This document shows, one piece after another, positions 7,993-17,475 of a stretch of DNA of 32,816 nucleotides; the first letter of the stretch is position 1, and each line of letters opens with the position of its first letter. The stretch is from an uncultured Aquificales bacterium (GTDB lineage Bacteria; Thermosulfidibacterota; Thermosulfidibacteria; Thermosulfidibacterales; Thermosulfidibacteraceae). The position numbers and the translations under genes are program-made. Where the stretch lies: assembly GCA_964411615.1 (NCBI GenBank), contig CAYPLO010000009.1:1-32816 (forward strand). The letters run 5' to 3'. The notes beneath the pieces were generated by a model. It saw only the letters and a list, made by a program, of their open reading frames with translations. It ran no database searches and was not told the origin of the DNA.

Positions 7993-8959
7993 CTGGAACA
8001 GCTGGGGGTATGGCGGCCACTGGGTCTACAGGCTGCTGTACCCCCTTTCCGTTGTCTATGGTTTCGGGGTAAAGCTCAGGAGTAGCTTTTATCTTTCCGG
8101 TCTTTTTCGGAGAAGGAGGCTTCCCTGCTTCACCATCAGCGTGGGCAATCTCACCATGGGTGGAACGGGGAAGACCCCCTTTGTGATAGCCCTGTGCAGG
8201 TCCTTGCGGGGGATGGGGTTCAGGGTGGGGGTTGTATCCAGAGGGTACAGGAGGAGGGGTGGGGGAGAGCTTCTGGTGTGTGATGGTGAGCGTATCCTGG
8301 CCACCCCTGAGGAGGCCGGGGATGAGCCATATCTGATAGCCTATGAGGCCAGGGTTCCGGTTGCTGTGGGTAAAAACAGGCACAGTGCCTACAGGCTGCT
8401 GGGGGAGTTTTCCCTGGATGTGGTGGTTCTGGACGATGGATTTCAGCACCTTCAGCTTGAAAGGGACCTGGATATCTGTCTGGTGGACGGTGTGAGGGGA
8501 TTCGGGAACGGATGGCTCTTCCCGTCGGGCCCCCTGAGGGAGCCTGTGTGTGGTGTGAGAAGGGCCCATGCTGTGGTCTTCACCAAGGGATTTGCCCCTG
8601 GACTTCTTGCCGAATGCAGGGGCGCCTTTAGCAGACCCGTCTTCTTCTGGCCCTACAAGGTTGAGCTGGGGGAGCTTCCTGAGGAGGTGGTGGTTGTGGC
8701 GGGGGTAGGGGACCCGTCCTGGCTGTTGAGGCAGCTTGAGGGGAGGGTGAGGATTGTTGAGAAGAGGATTTTCCCCGACCACCATCTTTACAGGGAGGGG
8801 GACTTTGACGGTATAGAGGCTCCCGTGGTGACAACTTTGAAGGATTACGTCAAGTTCCCCCTTTCGGTCCTTGAGAGACTCAGCGTCTTTGTGGTTAGGG
8901 TGGATTACACCCTGCCCTCTGGTTTTCTGGAGTTTCTAAGGGAGAGGCTGTGTCCTTAG
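7973..8959 (+). CDS. lpxK: Tetraacyldisaccharide 4'-kinase
   Basis: [35 protein letters not shown] and FPDHH motifs. Start uncertain (TTG 7973 chosen). Confidence 0.95.
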   Translation: MPVSLPDWNSWGYGGHWVYRLLYPLSVVYGFGVKLRSSFYLSGLFRRRRLPCFTISVGNLTMGGTGKTPFVIALCRSLRGMGFRVGVVSRGYRRRGGGELLVCDGERILATPEEAGDEPYLIAYEARVPVAVGKNRHSAYRLLGEFSLDVVVLDDGFQHLQLERDLDICLVDGVRGFGNGWLFPSGPLREPVCGVRRAHAVVFTKGFAPGLLAECRGAFSRPVFFWPYKVELGELPEEVVVVAGVGDPSWLLRQLEGRVRIVEKRIFPDHHLYREGDFDGIEAPVVTTLKDYVKFPLSVLERLSVFVVRVDYTLPSGFLEFLRERLCP

Positions 8960-10785
8960 GCAGGGAGGAGAGGTTTAAGAGACTGAAACTGAGGCAGAGG
9001 TTTGTCTTCAGGCTGGCCATCTACGCCTTCTCCCTCCTGCTTCTGGGTATGGCCTTTAACCTTCAGGTGTTGAGGGGGAAGTACTATTATGAAGCCTCCA
9101 GAAAGAACAAGACCCGCTTCTACATAGTCTTTCCCAGGAGGGGCAACATCTACGACAGGGAGATGAACCTGCTTGCCACAGATGTTCCCTCCTTTGACCT
9201 CTTCATAACCCCCTACTACTTCTTTAAGGGTTGTAGGGGTGACCTTGATAGATGTCCCACCTTCAGGTTCCTGGTGGACAGGCTGGGGGTTGATGCCCAT
9301 GAGCTCAAAAAGAAACTCAAAAGGTTTAAAAAGCGTCCCTTTGACCAGCTCCTTGTGAAGAAGGGACTGACAGAGAGGGAGCTTGCCCTTGTTAAGGAGA
9401 TGGGATGGATGCTGGAGGGTGTTTATGTGGACCCCTCCTGGGTGAGGAGCTATCCCTACGGTCCCCTCTTCGCCCATGTTGTGGGGTATGTGGGGGAGGC
9501 CACAGAAGAGCAGGTGGCCTCTGGTAGCAGGTATTCGGGGGAGTTTGTGGGAAAGACGGGGCTGGAGCTTGAGTACGATGATGTTCTGAGGGGAGTGGGG
9601 GGCTGGGAGGAGTGGGAGGTTGACGCCAGGGGGCACAGGCTGAGGCTGGTCAGCAGGTCTATTCCTACCAAGGGGAGGGATATAGTCACCACGCTGCTTC
9701 TGCCCCTTCAGAGGAGGGTGGCGGAGCTTTTTAAAGGGAAGGTGGGGGCCGCCGTTGCCCTTGACCCCAACACGGGGGAGGTGCTGGCCATGTACAGCTC
9801 CCCCTCTTACGACCCGAACCTCTTTCCCAGGGGGATACCCTACAGGGTGTGGAGGAGGATACTGAATGACCCCATGCATCCTCTGCATAACAGGGCAATA
9901 AGAGGGCTCTATCCTCCCGGCTCTGTCTTCAAGCTTGTGGTCGCCACAGGGGGGCTGACCGAGGGGAAGATAAGCACCTCCACCAAGGTCTTCTGCCCTG
10001 GAGGTATGAGGTTCGGCAACAGGTTCTACAGGTGCTGGAAGAAGCAGGGGCATGGTTGGGTGGATGTTTATAACGCCATCGTCCAGTCCTGCGACACCTT
10101 CTTCTACCAGCTCGGTCTGAAGATGGGGAATGACCTCATAAGCAAGTACGCCTTCATGTTTGGACTGGGCAAAAAGACGGGTGTAGACCTTCCCGGTGAG
10201 AAGGCGGGGGTTGTCCCCACCAAGAAGTGGAAGAGGAGGGTTCTCCACCAGCCCTGGTATCCGGGGGAGACCCTGAGCTACGCCATAGGGCAGGGGTATC
10301 TTCTGGTGACTCCTCTGCAACTGGCGGTGGTGGCCTCTGCCTTCGCCAATAGTGGGTATCTTGTGAGGCCCCATCTGTTGAAAGGAGGAGCCGTTTATAA
10401 AAGAAGGCTTCCCGTGCCCAAATGGGTTATAAACACGGTGAGGAGGGCCATGCTGGGGGTGGTTGAGGACGAGAAGGGAACAGCCCACTGGCACGCCAGG
10501 ATAAAGGGGGTAAAGGTGGCGGGTAAGACGGGAACGGCACAGGTGGTTTCTACCGAGGTTGAGAAGAGGTATAAGAAGGGGCACAGGATAGTGGTCAGGA
10601 AATACGCAGAGCACGCCTGGTTTGTGGCCTTTGCCCCCTACAACAGACCCGTTATAGCAGTTGCCGTTGTGGTGGAGCACGGGGGGCATGGGGCTTCGGC
10701 GGCGGCCCCCATAGCAAGGGAGATTATAAAAGAATATCTGAGATACAGAGGGCTTCTGGGCAATGGCCAAGGCTCGCAGGATTAG
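8950..10785 (+). CDS. mrdA: Penicillin-binding protein 2
   Basis: N-terminal TM, RRGNIYDR, SVFK (SxxK), SCD (SxD) and KTGTAQ motifs. Next to rodA. Confidence 0.96.
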   Translation: MSLGREERFKRLKLRQRFVFRLAIYAFSLLLLGMAFNLQVLRGKYYYEASRKNKTRFYIVFPRRGNIYDREMNLLATDVPSFDLFITPYYFFKGCRGDLDRCPTFRFLVDRLGVDAHELKKKLKRFKKRPFDQLLVKKGLTERELALVKEMGWMLEGVYVDPSWVRSYPYGPLFAHVVGYVGEATEEQVASGSRYSGEFVGKTGLELEYDDVLRGVGGWEEWEVDARGHRLRLVSRSIPTKGRDIVTTLLLPLQRRVAELFKGKVGAAVALDPNTGEVLAMYSSPSYDPNLFPRGIPYRVWRRILNDPMHPLHNRAIRGLYPPGSVFKLVVATGGLTEGKISTSTKVFCPGGMRFGNRFYRCWKKQGHGWVDVYNAIVQSCDTFFYQLGLKMGNDLISKYAFMFGLGKKTGVDLPGEKAGVVPTKKWKRRVLHQPWYPGETLSYAIGQGYLLVTPLQLAVVASAFANSGYLVRPHLLKGGAVYKRRLPVPKWVINTVRRAMLGVVEDEKGTAHWHARIKGVKVAGKTGTAQVVSTEVEKRYKKGHRIVVRKYAEHAWFVAFAPYNRPVIAVAVVVEHGGHGASAAAPIAREIIKEYLRYRGLLGNGQGSQD

Positions 10786-11839
10786 GAGGGACTTTACCGT
10801 TATCGTTCCCTTTTTGATAATAGCTCTTATAGGCTTGCTTACCCTGGCGGGCCTTGACCATTACAGCTTCAAAAGGCAGGTTGTGTGGCATCTTCTCGGT
10901 CTGTCTTCCCTTCTTCTTTTGTTGAGGCTTGTGGATAAGAGCACCCTCAAGGAGTGGTCCCCTGTCATTTACGCTGTTATGCTGGTGCTTCTTGTTGCGG
11001 TGCTTGTTGTGGGTAAGGCCTCCAAAGGGGCACAGAGGTGGTTGCCACTGGGCCCCTTCAGGCTCCAGCCTTCGGAGTTTGCAAAGCTTTCCTTGGCCCT
11101 TGTGCTGGGGCTGGTTATGGAGAAGATAACCGATGCAGGTGGGGTTCCCTTAGGGTTCAGGGAGGTTGCCATCCTGCTTTTGGTGGCCTTTCCCATGTTC
11201 GGTCTGGTTCTCGTGCAGCCGGATTTGGGAACTGCCCTCATATTCCTGCTCATGGCCGCCTCTGTTGCCGCAGTTGCCGGGCTCAGAAGAAGGGTGATTG
11301 TAGCATCCCTCATAGCCGCTGTGGTTGTGGGGTACCTTGGCTGGACCCATGTCCTTAAAGAGTACCAGAAGAACAGGATAAGGGCCTTTCTGAATCCGGC
11401 AAAGTATAGAACCTCCATAGGCTATCATGTTATACAGTCCCGCATAGCCATAGGTTCGGGCAGAATCTGGGGGAAGGGCTATATGAAGGCCACCCAGGCC
11501 AACCTTGGGTTTATGCCTGAAAAGAGCACGGACTTTATATTCGCCAGCTATGCCGAGTCCTTCGGCTTTGCAGGTGTTGTGGTTCTGGTGCTCCTCTACG
11601 CCTTTCTCTTCTCCCGTATGGGTGAGCTTGCATCAAAGAGCAGGGGGCTTTTTGAGTTCTACTCCATAGTTGCCATAGCCTCTGTCTTCTTCTGGCACGC
11701 CTTCATAAATATAGGCATGACCATGGGTATGCTTCCCGTTGTGGGGGTTCCACTGCCCCTCATGAGCTACGGAGGCTCGGCTACCCTCTCTGCCTATCTC
11801 GGACTTGGGTGTATACTGGTCCTTTCGGAGGCGGACTGA
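10763..11839 (+). CDS. rodA: Rod shape-determining protein RodA
   Basis: GAQRWL, QPSEFAK, QPDLGT, TDFIF and GVPLPLMSYGGS SEDS motifs. Confidence 0.96.
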   Translation: MAKARRIRRDFTVIVPFLIIALIGLLTLAGLDHYSFKRQVVWHLLGLSSLLLLLRLVDKSTLKEWSPVIYAVMLVLLVAVLVVGKASKGAQRWLPLGPFRLQPSEFAKLSLALVLGLVMEKITDAGGVPLGFREVAILLLVAFPMFGLVLVQPDLGTALIFLLMAASVAAVAGLRRRVIVASLIAAVVVGYLGWTHVLKEYQKNRIRAFLNPAKYRTSIGYHVIQSRIAIGSGRIWGKGYMKATQANLGFMPEKSTDFIFASYAESFGFAGVVVLVLLYAFLFSRMGELASKSRGLFEFYSIVAIASVFFWHAFINIGMTMGMLPVVGVPLPLMSYGGSATLSAYLGLGCILVLSEAD

Positions 11840-12729
11840 TGTGGAGGTTTGTCTTGGTCTCCTCTTCCCCAAGGCGCAGGGAGCTTTTCAGGAGGTTGAT
11901 ACCCGTTTTTGAGGTGGTGGCTCCTGAGGTGGATGAGTATGTGGAGGCTTCCTCCCCTGAGGAGCTGGTTAAGGAGCTTGCCCTTAAGAAGCTCTCCTCT
12001 GTTGCGGTGGAGGACGGGACCTTCTACGTTGCTGCGGACACCGTTGTGGTTCTGGGAGACAGGGTTATGGGAAAGCCGAAGGACGAGAGTCATGCAGTCT
12101 CCATGCTTCTGGAGCTATCGGGCAGGGTCCACAGGGTCCTGACAGGGGTGGCGGCTGCGAAGGATGGGGATGTTGTGTGCGAGGTTGAGGAGACCTTGGT
12201 GAGGTTTCATCCCATAACCGGGGATGAGGCCCTGTGGTACGTTGAGACCTACAGACCTCTGGATAAGGCGGGGGCCTACGGGATTCAGGATGGGGCAGAG
12301 CTGTTTGTTGAGTCTGTTGAAGGTTCCTACAGCAATGTGGTGGGGCTTCCCCTGTCCCTAACCTACAGGATGCTAAAGAGGCTCGGGTACAGGCCTACCA
12401 GATGGGTGAGGCTGGGGGATGTTGCCAGGGTGGTGAGGAGCAAGAATGCGGGGCCCTTTGAGGTTACCTTTGATGTGATGTTCGGTGATTGGGAGAGCTA
12501 CCGCAGGTTTAAAGAGGGGGACTTTCTGACGCCTGAGGTCTTTGCCAGGTTGTACGGGATACCTGTTGAGGATGTGCTGGTTTTTGAGTACTTTGACCAG
12601 GCCATGGCTTTGAAGATAACCGTCAAAAGACAGGTCCCTTCGGGGAGCATCGGTGATGAGGATGTGTACGCCGCCCAGCAGCATCTTCCCCTCTTCAACT
12701 TCATGATTCCCTGGAAGGTGTATGGATAG
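11839..12729 (+). CDS. maf: Maf (YhdE-type NTP pyrophosphatase) fused to a C-terminal DUF4387 domain
   Basis: Maf motifs SSSPRR, AADT, GKP, DKAGAYGIQ and NVVGLP. Then, in frame from about 12406, RSKNAGPF.VTFD...LY...ALKIT..R...SG..GD.DVYAAQQH.PL. Confidence 0.88.
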   Translation: MWRFVLVSSSPRRRELFRRLIPVFEVVAPEVDEYVEASSPEELVKELALKKLSSVAVEDGTFYVAADTVVVLGDRVMGKPKDESHAVSMLLELSGRVHRVLTGVAAAKDGDVVCEVEETLVRFHPITGDEALWYVETYRPLDKAGAYGIQDGAELFVESVEGSYSNVVGLPLSLTYRMLKRLGYRPTRWVRLGDVARVVRSKNAGPFEVTFDVMFGDWESYRRFKEGDFLTPEVFARLYGIPVEDVLVFEYFDQAMALKITVKRQVPSGSIGDEDVYAAQQHLPLFNFMIPWKVYG

Positions 12730-13696
12730 GGTACTGCTTGCTCTCTCCAAGGCACAGATTGGCTGGGGGACCTTCTGGAGGCTTTCGTCTCTCGTTGGGG
12801 ATGTGGCCCTTCTCATGGATAGAAGCGCTGTTAGGGAGCTTCCGGTAAGGGAGGCCCTTAAGAGGAGGCTCCTTGAGCTGAGCTGGGAGGAGCCCCTTGA
12901 AGAGGAGGTTGCCGCAAAGGGGATGGGTTATGTGACCGTCAACTCCCCAGAGTATCCGAAGGCTTTGAGGAGGTTAAAAGAGCCTCCATACGTGCTCTTC
13001 TACATGGGCGACCTGGATGTTATTTCCCGAAGGTGTGTGGCCGTTGTGGGAAGCAGGAAGGCCTCCTTGAAGGCTAAGGAGGTTGCATATCGGCTGGCAA
13101 AGGATGTGGCATCTCAGGGCTTTGCAGTTGTGAGCGGGATGGCCTTAGGTGTGGACTCTGCGGCCCACAGAGGGGCTCTTGCCTCTGGAACCACGGTGGC
13201 GGTTCTCGGTTCGGCCCTTGACGTTGTCTATCCTGCTACCAACAGGGCTCTGTTCAGGGAGATTGTGGCCAAGGGACTGGCCCTGTCGCCCTTTTACCCG
13301 GGAACACCACCTAAGAGGCACCACTTCCCCATGAGAAACGGTATCATAGCTGCCCTTTCGGAGAGGGTGGTGGTTGTTGAGGCGGGTGCCAGAAGTGGTG
13401 CTTTGATAACGGCGAGATACGCCATGGACCTGGGGATTCCTGTGGAGGTGGTGGATATTCCCGCCGAGGGGAACAGGCTCCTTATGGAGATGGGGGCAAG
13501 TCCTTTAGTTCTTGAGGATAAAAAGGGGGACGATGACCCTGTGGTCTTGCTGCTTGAGGAGAGGGGGCCGCTGTCCACCGACGAGATGGTTGCTATTCTG
13601 GGGATGGAGGCCGGAAGGCTCCAGGTTAGACTTATACAGCTTGAGCTTGAGGGAAAGGTCAGGAGGTTGACAGGTGGCTACTACGAGAAGGCTTAA
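12722..13696 (+). CDS. dprA: DNA-processing protein DprA
   Basis: YP..L, PP.VL, AVVGSR, VVSGMALGVD, FPMRNGII and SGALITA motifs; C-terminal winged helix. Upstream of topA. Confidence 0.95.
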   Translation: MDRVLLALSKAQIGWGTFWRLSSLVGDVALLMDRSAVRELPVREALKRRLLELSWEEPLEEEVAAKGMGYVTVNSPEYPKALRRLKEPPYVLFYMGDLDVISRRCVAVVGSRKASLKAKEVAYRLAKDVASQGFAVVSGMALGVDSAAHRGALASGTTVAVLGSALDVVYPATNRALFREIVAKGLALSPFYPGTPPKRHHFPMRNGIIAALSERVVVVEAGARSGALITARYAMDLGIPVEVVDIPAEGNRLLMEMGASPLVLEDKKGDDDPVVLLLEERGPLSTDEMVAILGMEAGRLQVRLIQLELEGKVRRLTGGYYEKA

Positions 13697-15560
13697 AAGG
13701 CTCATAATCGTTGAGTCTCCCTCCAAGGCCAGGACAATAGCCAGGTATCTGGGTAAGGGATTTACCGTTAAGGCCAGCATGGGCCATATAAAGGATTTAC
13801 CCGTGAACAGGATGGGGGTTGATGTATCCGGGGACTTTGAGCCCGAGTACGTTGTGATAAAGGGTAAGGAGAAGGTGATAGAGGAGCTCAAAAAGGCCGC
13901 CGATGAGGCCGATGAGATATACATAGCCTCAGACCCCGACAGGGAGGGGGAGGCCATAGCCTGGCACATAGCCCAGGAGATAGGGGAAGAGGGGAAGGTG
14001 AAGCGGATAATCTTCCACGAGATAACCGAAAGGGCCATAAAGGAGGCCCTGAAATCCCCCACCACCATAGACATGAAGAAGGTTAACGCCCAGCAGGCCC
14101 GAAGGGTTCTGGACAGGATTGTTGGTTACTCCCTGAGTCCCCTTTTGTGGAGAAGGGTGGATAAGGGGCTGTCTGCTGGAAGGGTCCAGTCCGTTGCCCT
14201 CATGCTGATATGCGAGAGGGAGAAGGAGATACAGTCCTTCGTTCCCGAAGAGTACTGGAAGATAGAGGCGGTGCTAAAGGCAGGGGATGGAACCTTCACA
14301 GCTTCTCTGTTTAAGGTTGGAGAGCAGAAGCTTGAGAGGGTTCCTCCCGATACGGTGGATGAGCTGTACGAGGCTTTAAGGACCCGTGATTATGAGGTGG
14401 TGAAGGTTGAGAGGAAGAAGAGGAGGCGTAATCCTCCGGCTCCCTTCATCACCAGCACCCTCCAGCAGGAGGCCTTCAAGAGGCTGGGCTTTTCCGCCTC
14501 AAAGACCATGTTCATAGCCCAGCAGCTCTACGAGGGTGTTGAGCTACCGGGTGAGGGACCCGTTGGACTTATAACCTACATGAGGACGGACTCTGTGAGG
14601 GTGAGCCAGGAGGCGATAGCTGCCCTGAGGGCCTTTATAAAGGATGCCTTCGGTGGGGAGTATCTTCCCGCAAAGCCTACTGTGCACAAGAGCAAGGGGG
14701 TGTCCCAGGACGCCCATGAGGCCATAAGGCCTACGGATGTTTTGAGGACCCCTGACTCTCTTAAAGGCAAGATTCCTGAGGACCACCTGAGGCTTTACGA
14801 GCTTATATGGCGCAGGTTCGTTGCCTCCCAGATGAGGCCTGCGGTCTTTGATGCCACCACCCTTCATGTGGGGGCCGGTGATGCCCTATTTAAAGCCACA
14901 GGCTCTGTCCTTGAGTTTGACGGCTTCATGAGGGTCTACTCAGAGGAGACTGAGGACAGGTTGCTCCCCCCTGTTGAGGAGGGGCAGCAGCTGGAGCTCG
15001 TTGAGCTAAAAAAGAGCCAGCACTTTACCACACCTCCTCCAAGGTACACTGAGGCCTCTCTCATAAAGAGGCTTGAGGAGGAGGGGATAGGAAGGCCCAG
15101 CACTTACGCAACCATAGTCTCAACCATAATAGAGAGGGGATACGTTGTTAGGGAGAAGAAGGCCCTTGTCCCCACACCCTTGGGGATGATAGTCTCTGAG
15201 ATGCTGAAGCGCAGTTTTCCCGGGCTTATGGATGTCTCCTTCACCGCCAGGATGGAGGAGGACCTGGACAGGATAGCCCAGGGGGAGAGGGACTGGAGGG
15301 AGAGCGTCAGAGAGTTTTATGAAGCCTTTTCCAAGGAGCTTGAGGATGCCTCTCAAAAGATGCTCAACCAGGAGGAGTTCAGTCCTATAAAGTGCGAAAA
15401 ATGCGGCAGGCCCATGGTGGTTAAGAAGGGCAGATACGGCAAGTTTCTCGCCTGTAGCGGGTATCCCCAGTGCAGAAACGTAAAACCTCTGGTCACAAGA
15501 CAGGGGAGGGGAAAGGGTGGAGGAAAGGGTAAGAACAAGGGACATAAGAAGAACTCTTGA
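13674..15560 (+). CDS. topA: DNA topoisomerase I
   Basis: IVESPSKA, DPDREGEAI, SAGRVQS, ITYMRTD and GIGRPSTY motifs; one C-terminal zinc ribbon. Confidence 0.98.
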   Translation: MATTRRLKRLIIVESPSKARTIARYLGKGFTVKASMGHIKDLPVNRMGVDVSGDFEPEYVVIKGKEKVIEELKKAADEADEIYIASDPDREGEAIAWHIAQEIGEEGKVKRIIFHEITERAIKEALKSPTTIDMKKVNAQQARRVLDRIVGYSLSPLLWRRVDKGLSAGRVQSVALMLICEREKEIQSFVPEEYWKIEAVLKAGDGTFTASLFKVGEQKLERVPPDTVDELYEALRTRDYEVVKVERKKRRRNPPAPFITSTLQQEAFKRLGFSASKTMFIAQQLYEGVELPGEGPVGLITYMRTDSVRVSQEAIAALRAFIKDAFGGEYLPAKPTVHKSKGVSQDAHEAIRPTDVLRTPDSLKGKIPEDHLRLYELIWRRFVASQMRPAVFDATTLHVGAGDALFKATGSVLEFDGFMRVYSEETEDRLLPPVEEGQQLELVELKKSQHFTTPPPRYTEASLIKRLEEEGIGRPSTYATIVSTIIERGYVVREKKALVPTPLGMIVSEMLKRSFPGLMDVSFTARMEEDLDRIAQGERDWRESVREFYEAFSKELEDASQKMLNQEEFSPIKCEKCGRPMVVKKGRYGKFLACSGYPQCRNVKPLVTRQGRGKGGGKGKNKGHKKNS

Positions 15561-17475
15561 GGAGTACGCCCAGCAGCTCGGTGTTCCTGTGGATGAGCTG
15601 GACTTTGAGGTGGTTCATGCGGAGCTTGTAGGTCCTGAGGATGACAGGTTCTACCTGGAGGCGGAGATAGAGATAAGCCTCAAGGTTCCGGGAATCATCT
15701 CCATCTTTGACTGTCTCGTTGAGATTGAGGACAGGGCTAAGGACTCAAAGGCCCTTATCAAGGTGCTTCCCACTTTCAGGATGCAGCTTTCGGCGGAGCA
15801 GCTTGAGGGCATAGGGGACAGGATTCCCCTTACCCCCACCCAGAGGGAGGAGCTATACAGGGAGACGGTGAAGCTTATGCTTAAAGAAGGTGTCATATAC
15901 GGGCATCTTTCCGCCGATGAGATAGGGGCCTCCTGGGAGAGGGCCCTGGCATCTGTGTATGGGTTGAAGAGGCCCTACTCCTTTGTGGGGGCAAAGGGAA
16001 AGCCTCCCAGGGACCCCTACAGGAGGGAGATATACCACATACCCTTGGTCACCCTTGCAGGCAGGGTCATAAACCAGCGCACCGGCAGGATAGACTTCAA
16101 GGACAGGGGCTACACCGACAAGAAGGCCTCCGCAGGTGCGAAGCTGGTCACCGTTGAGTACATCCCCGGTGAGCTGGGGATAAGGGTTACGGGAGAGGTT
16201 ATCCCCTACAAGGAGCTGCCGCCTTTGCCCTTTAAGGTGGATGAGGAGACCATAGAGGTGAGAAAAAGGGTGGTTGAGGGGAAGGAGATATACGAGCTTG
16301 TGGCAAAGAAAGACGGTTACCTGTATGTGGAGGATGAGGTTATAGGGCTTTCTGAGTTCGTTAAGGAGAAGCGCGTGGACTACACCACCGGGAACATAGA
16401 GTTCAAGGGCACCGGTGTTGATATAGAGGTGGCGGTTGAGGGGGACAAGGCCATCCACTATGCCATAAGGGACGACTTCAAGCTCATCTCCCCCGGAAAG
16501 ACTGTGGTGGTTAAGGGCAACGTGGGAAGGAAGGCAGTGGTTGAGGGTCGCTTCGTTGTTATAGAGGGGATGGTGGCCAAGGACGCGCTGGTTAAAGGGG
16601 AGGTCTGTAAGGTCCAGTCCCTAACGGGAGGTAGAATTGAGGCCCAGAGGTGCTTTGTGGAGAGGGCCGTCAGTGCGTCGGTTGAGGCGGATGATGCCTT
16701 CATTCATACACTATCCGGCACCACCGTCAGGGCCAGAAGGATAGTGGCCCTCAAAACCCTGAGGTCCTCCACCTTGTACGCACAGGATTTCATCTGCGTT
16801 GAGGATGCTGAGGACTTCAACAGGCTCATCATAAATCCCCTTGAGGTTCCTTCTGTGGCTGAAGAGCTTGAGAAGATGGTGGCGGAGAGGACGGAGAAGC
16901 AGAAGAAGGTTAAAGTTCTCAAAGGCGTTATTGAGAAGATTAACGGCAGGATAAAGGGGCAGTTGAATCTACTTGTTAGCTATCTCAGGCCCACCATGAG
17001 GGATAAGGCCGTCAAGTTTGGCCAGCTTGTGATGAGTCTTCTGGACAAGCCTGAGAAGCTTGAGGAGGTTATGGAGAAGATGCCTCCCTACGTCAAGCAG
17101 GTGGTTCAGGAGGTCATGAAGCTTCACGGCACCAGAAGGGAGAGGGAGGGTGAGTGTGCTTCCCTTGAGGACAGGATATCCGAGATTAACGAGGGCATAG
17201 ACAGGATAAAGAACAGACCCGGGGTGGTCCTTGTGCTTCACAGTATGAGCCAGGATAACATGGTTGTGATAGGAAAGTGCAAGCAGTACTTTGCAGGTGA
17301 GCTTAAAGGGCCTGTGCTTTTCTACGTGGAGGGTGAGAAGCTACAGCAGGAGAGGGACTGGGAGCCTATGGTTGAGAGAATAAGAAACTACGTTGACGAT
17401 GCCTATCTGGTCCTCTTCAGGGATTACCTCCTTGAGAAGGGACTGAGAACCTACGTCACCAGTATGAAGCTGTGA
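15517..17475 (+). CDS. FapA/DUF342 family protein with Jag_N-like N-terminus
   Basis: GRIDFKDRG and VDYTTGNIEF motifs, beta-helix-like repeats and a coiled coil; N-terminal AQQLGVPVDELDFEVV. Confidence 0.72.
   Translation: MEERVRTRDIRRTLEEYAQQLGVPVDELDFEVVHAELVGPEDDRFYLEAEIEISLKVPGIISIFDCLVEIEDRAKDSKALIKVLPTFRMQLSAEQLEGIGDRIPLTPTQREELYRETVKLMLKEGVIYGHLSADEIGASWERALASVYGLKRPYSFVGAKGKPPRDPYRREIYHIPLVTLAGRVINQRTGRIDFKDRGYTDKKASAGAKLVTVEYIPGELGIRVTGEVIPYKELPPLPFKVDEETIEVRKRVVEGKEIYELVAKKDGYLYVEDEVIGLSEFVKEKRVDYTTGNIEFKGTGVDIEVAVEGDKAIHYAIRDDFKLISPGKTVVVKGNVGRKAVVEGRFVVIEGMVAKDALVKGEVCKVQSLTGGRIEAQRCFVERAVSASVEADDAFIHTLSGTTVRARRIVALKTLRSSTLYAQDFICVEDAEDFNRLIINPLEVPSVAEELEKMVAERTEKQKKVKVLKGVIEKINGRIKGQLNLLVSYLRPTMRDKAVKFGQLVMSLLDKPEKLEEVMEKMPPYVKQVVQEVMKLHGTRREREGECASLEDRISEINEGIDRIKNRPGVVLVLHSMSQDNMVVIGKCKQYFAGELKGPVLFYVEGEKLQQERDWEPMVERIRNYVDDAYLVLFRDYLLEKGLRTYVTSMKL

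Noticed and set aside
8956..10770. 604-aa antisense ORF opposite mrdA (similarly 5287-6402, 6610-7404, 7826-8785, 21375-22379)
   Set aside because: Shadow ORFs from codon bias, fully overlapping confident genes, with P/H/L-rich unnatural composition.
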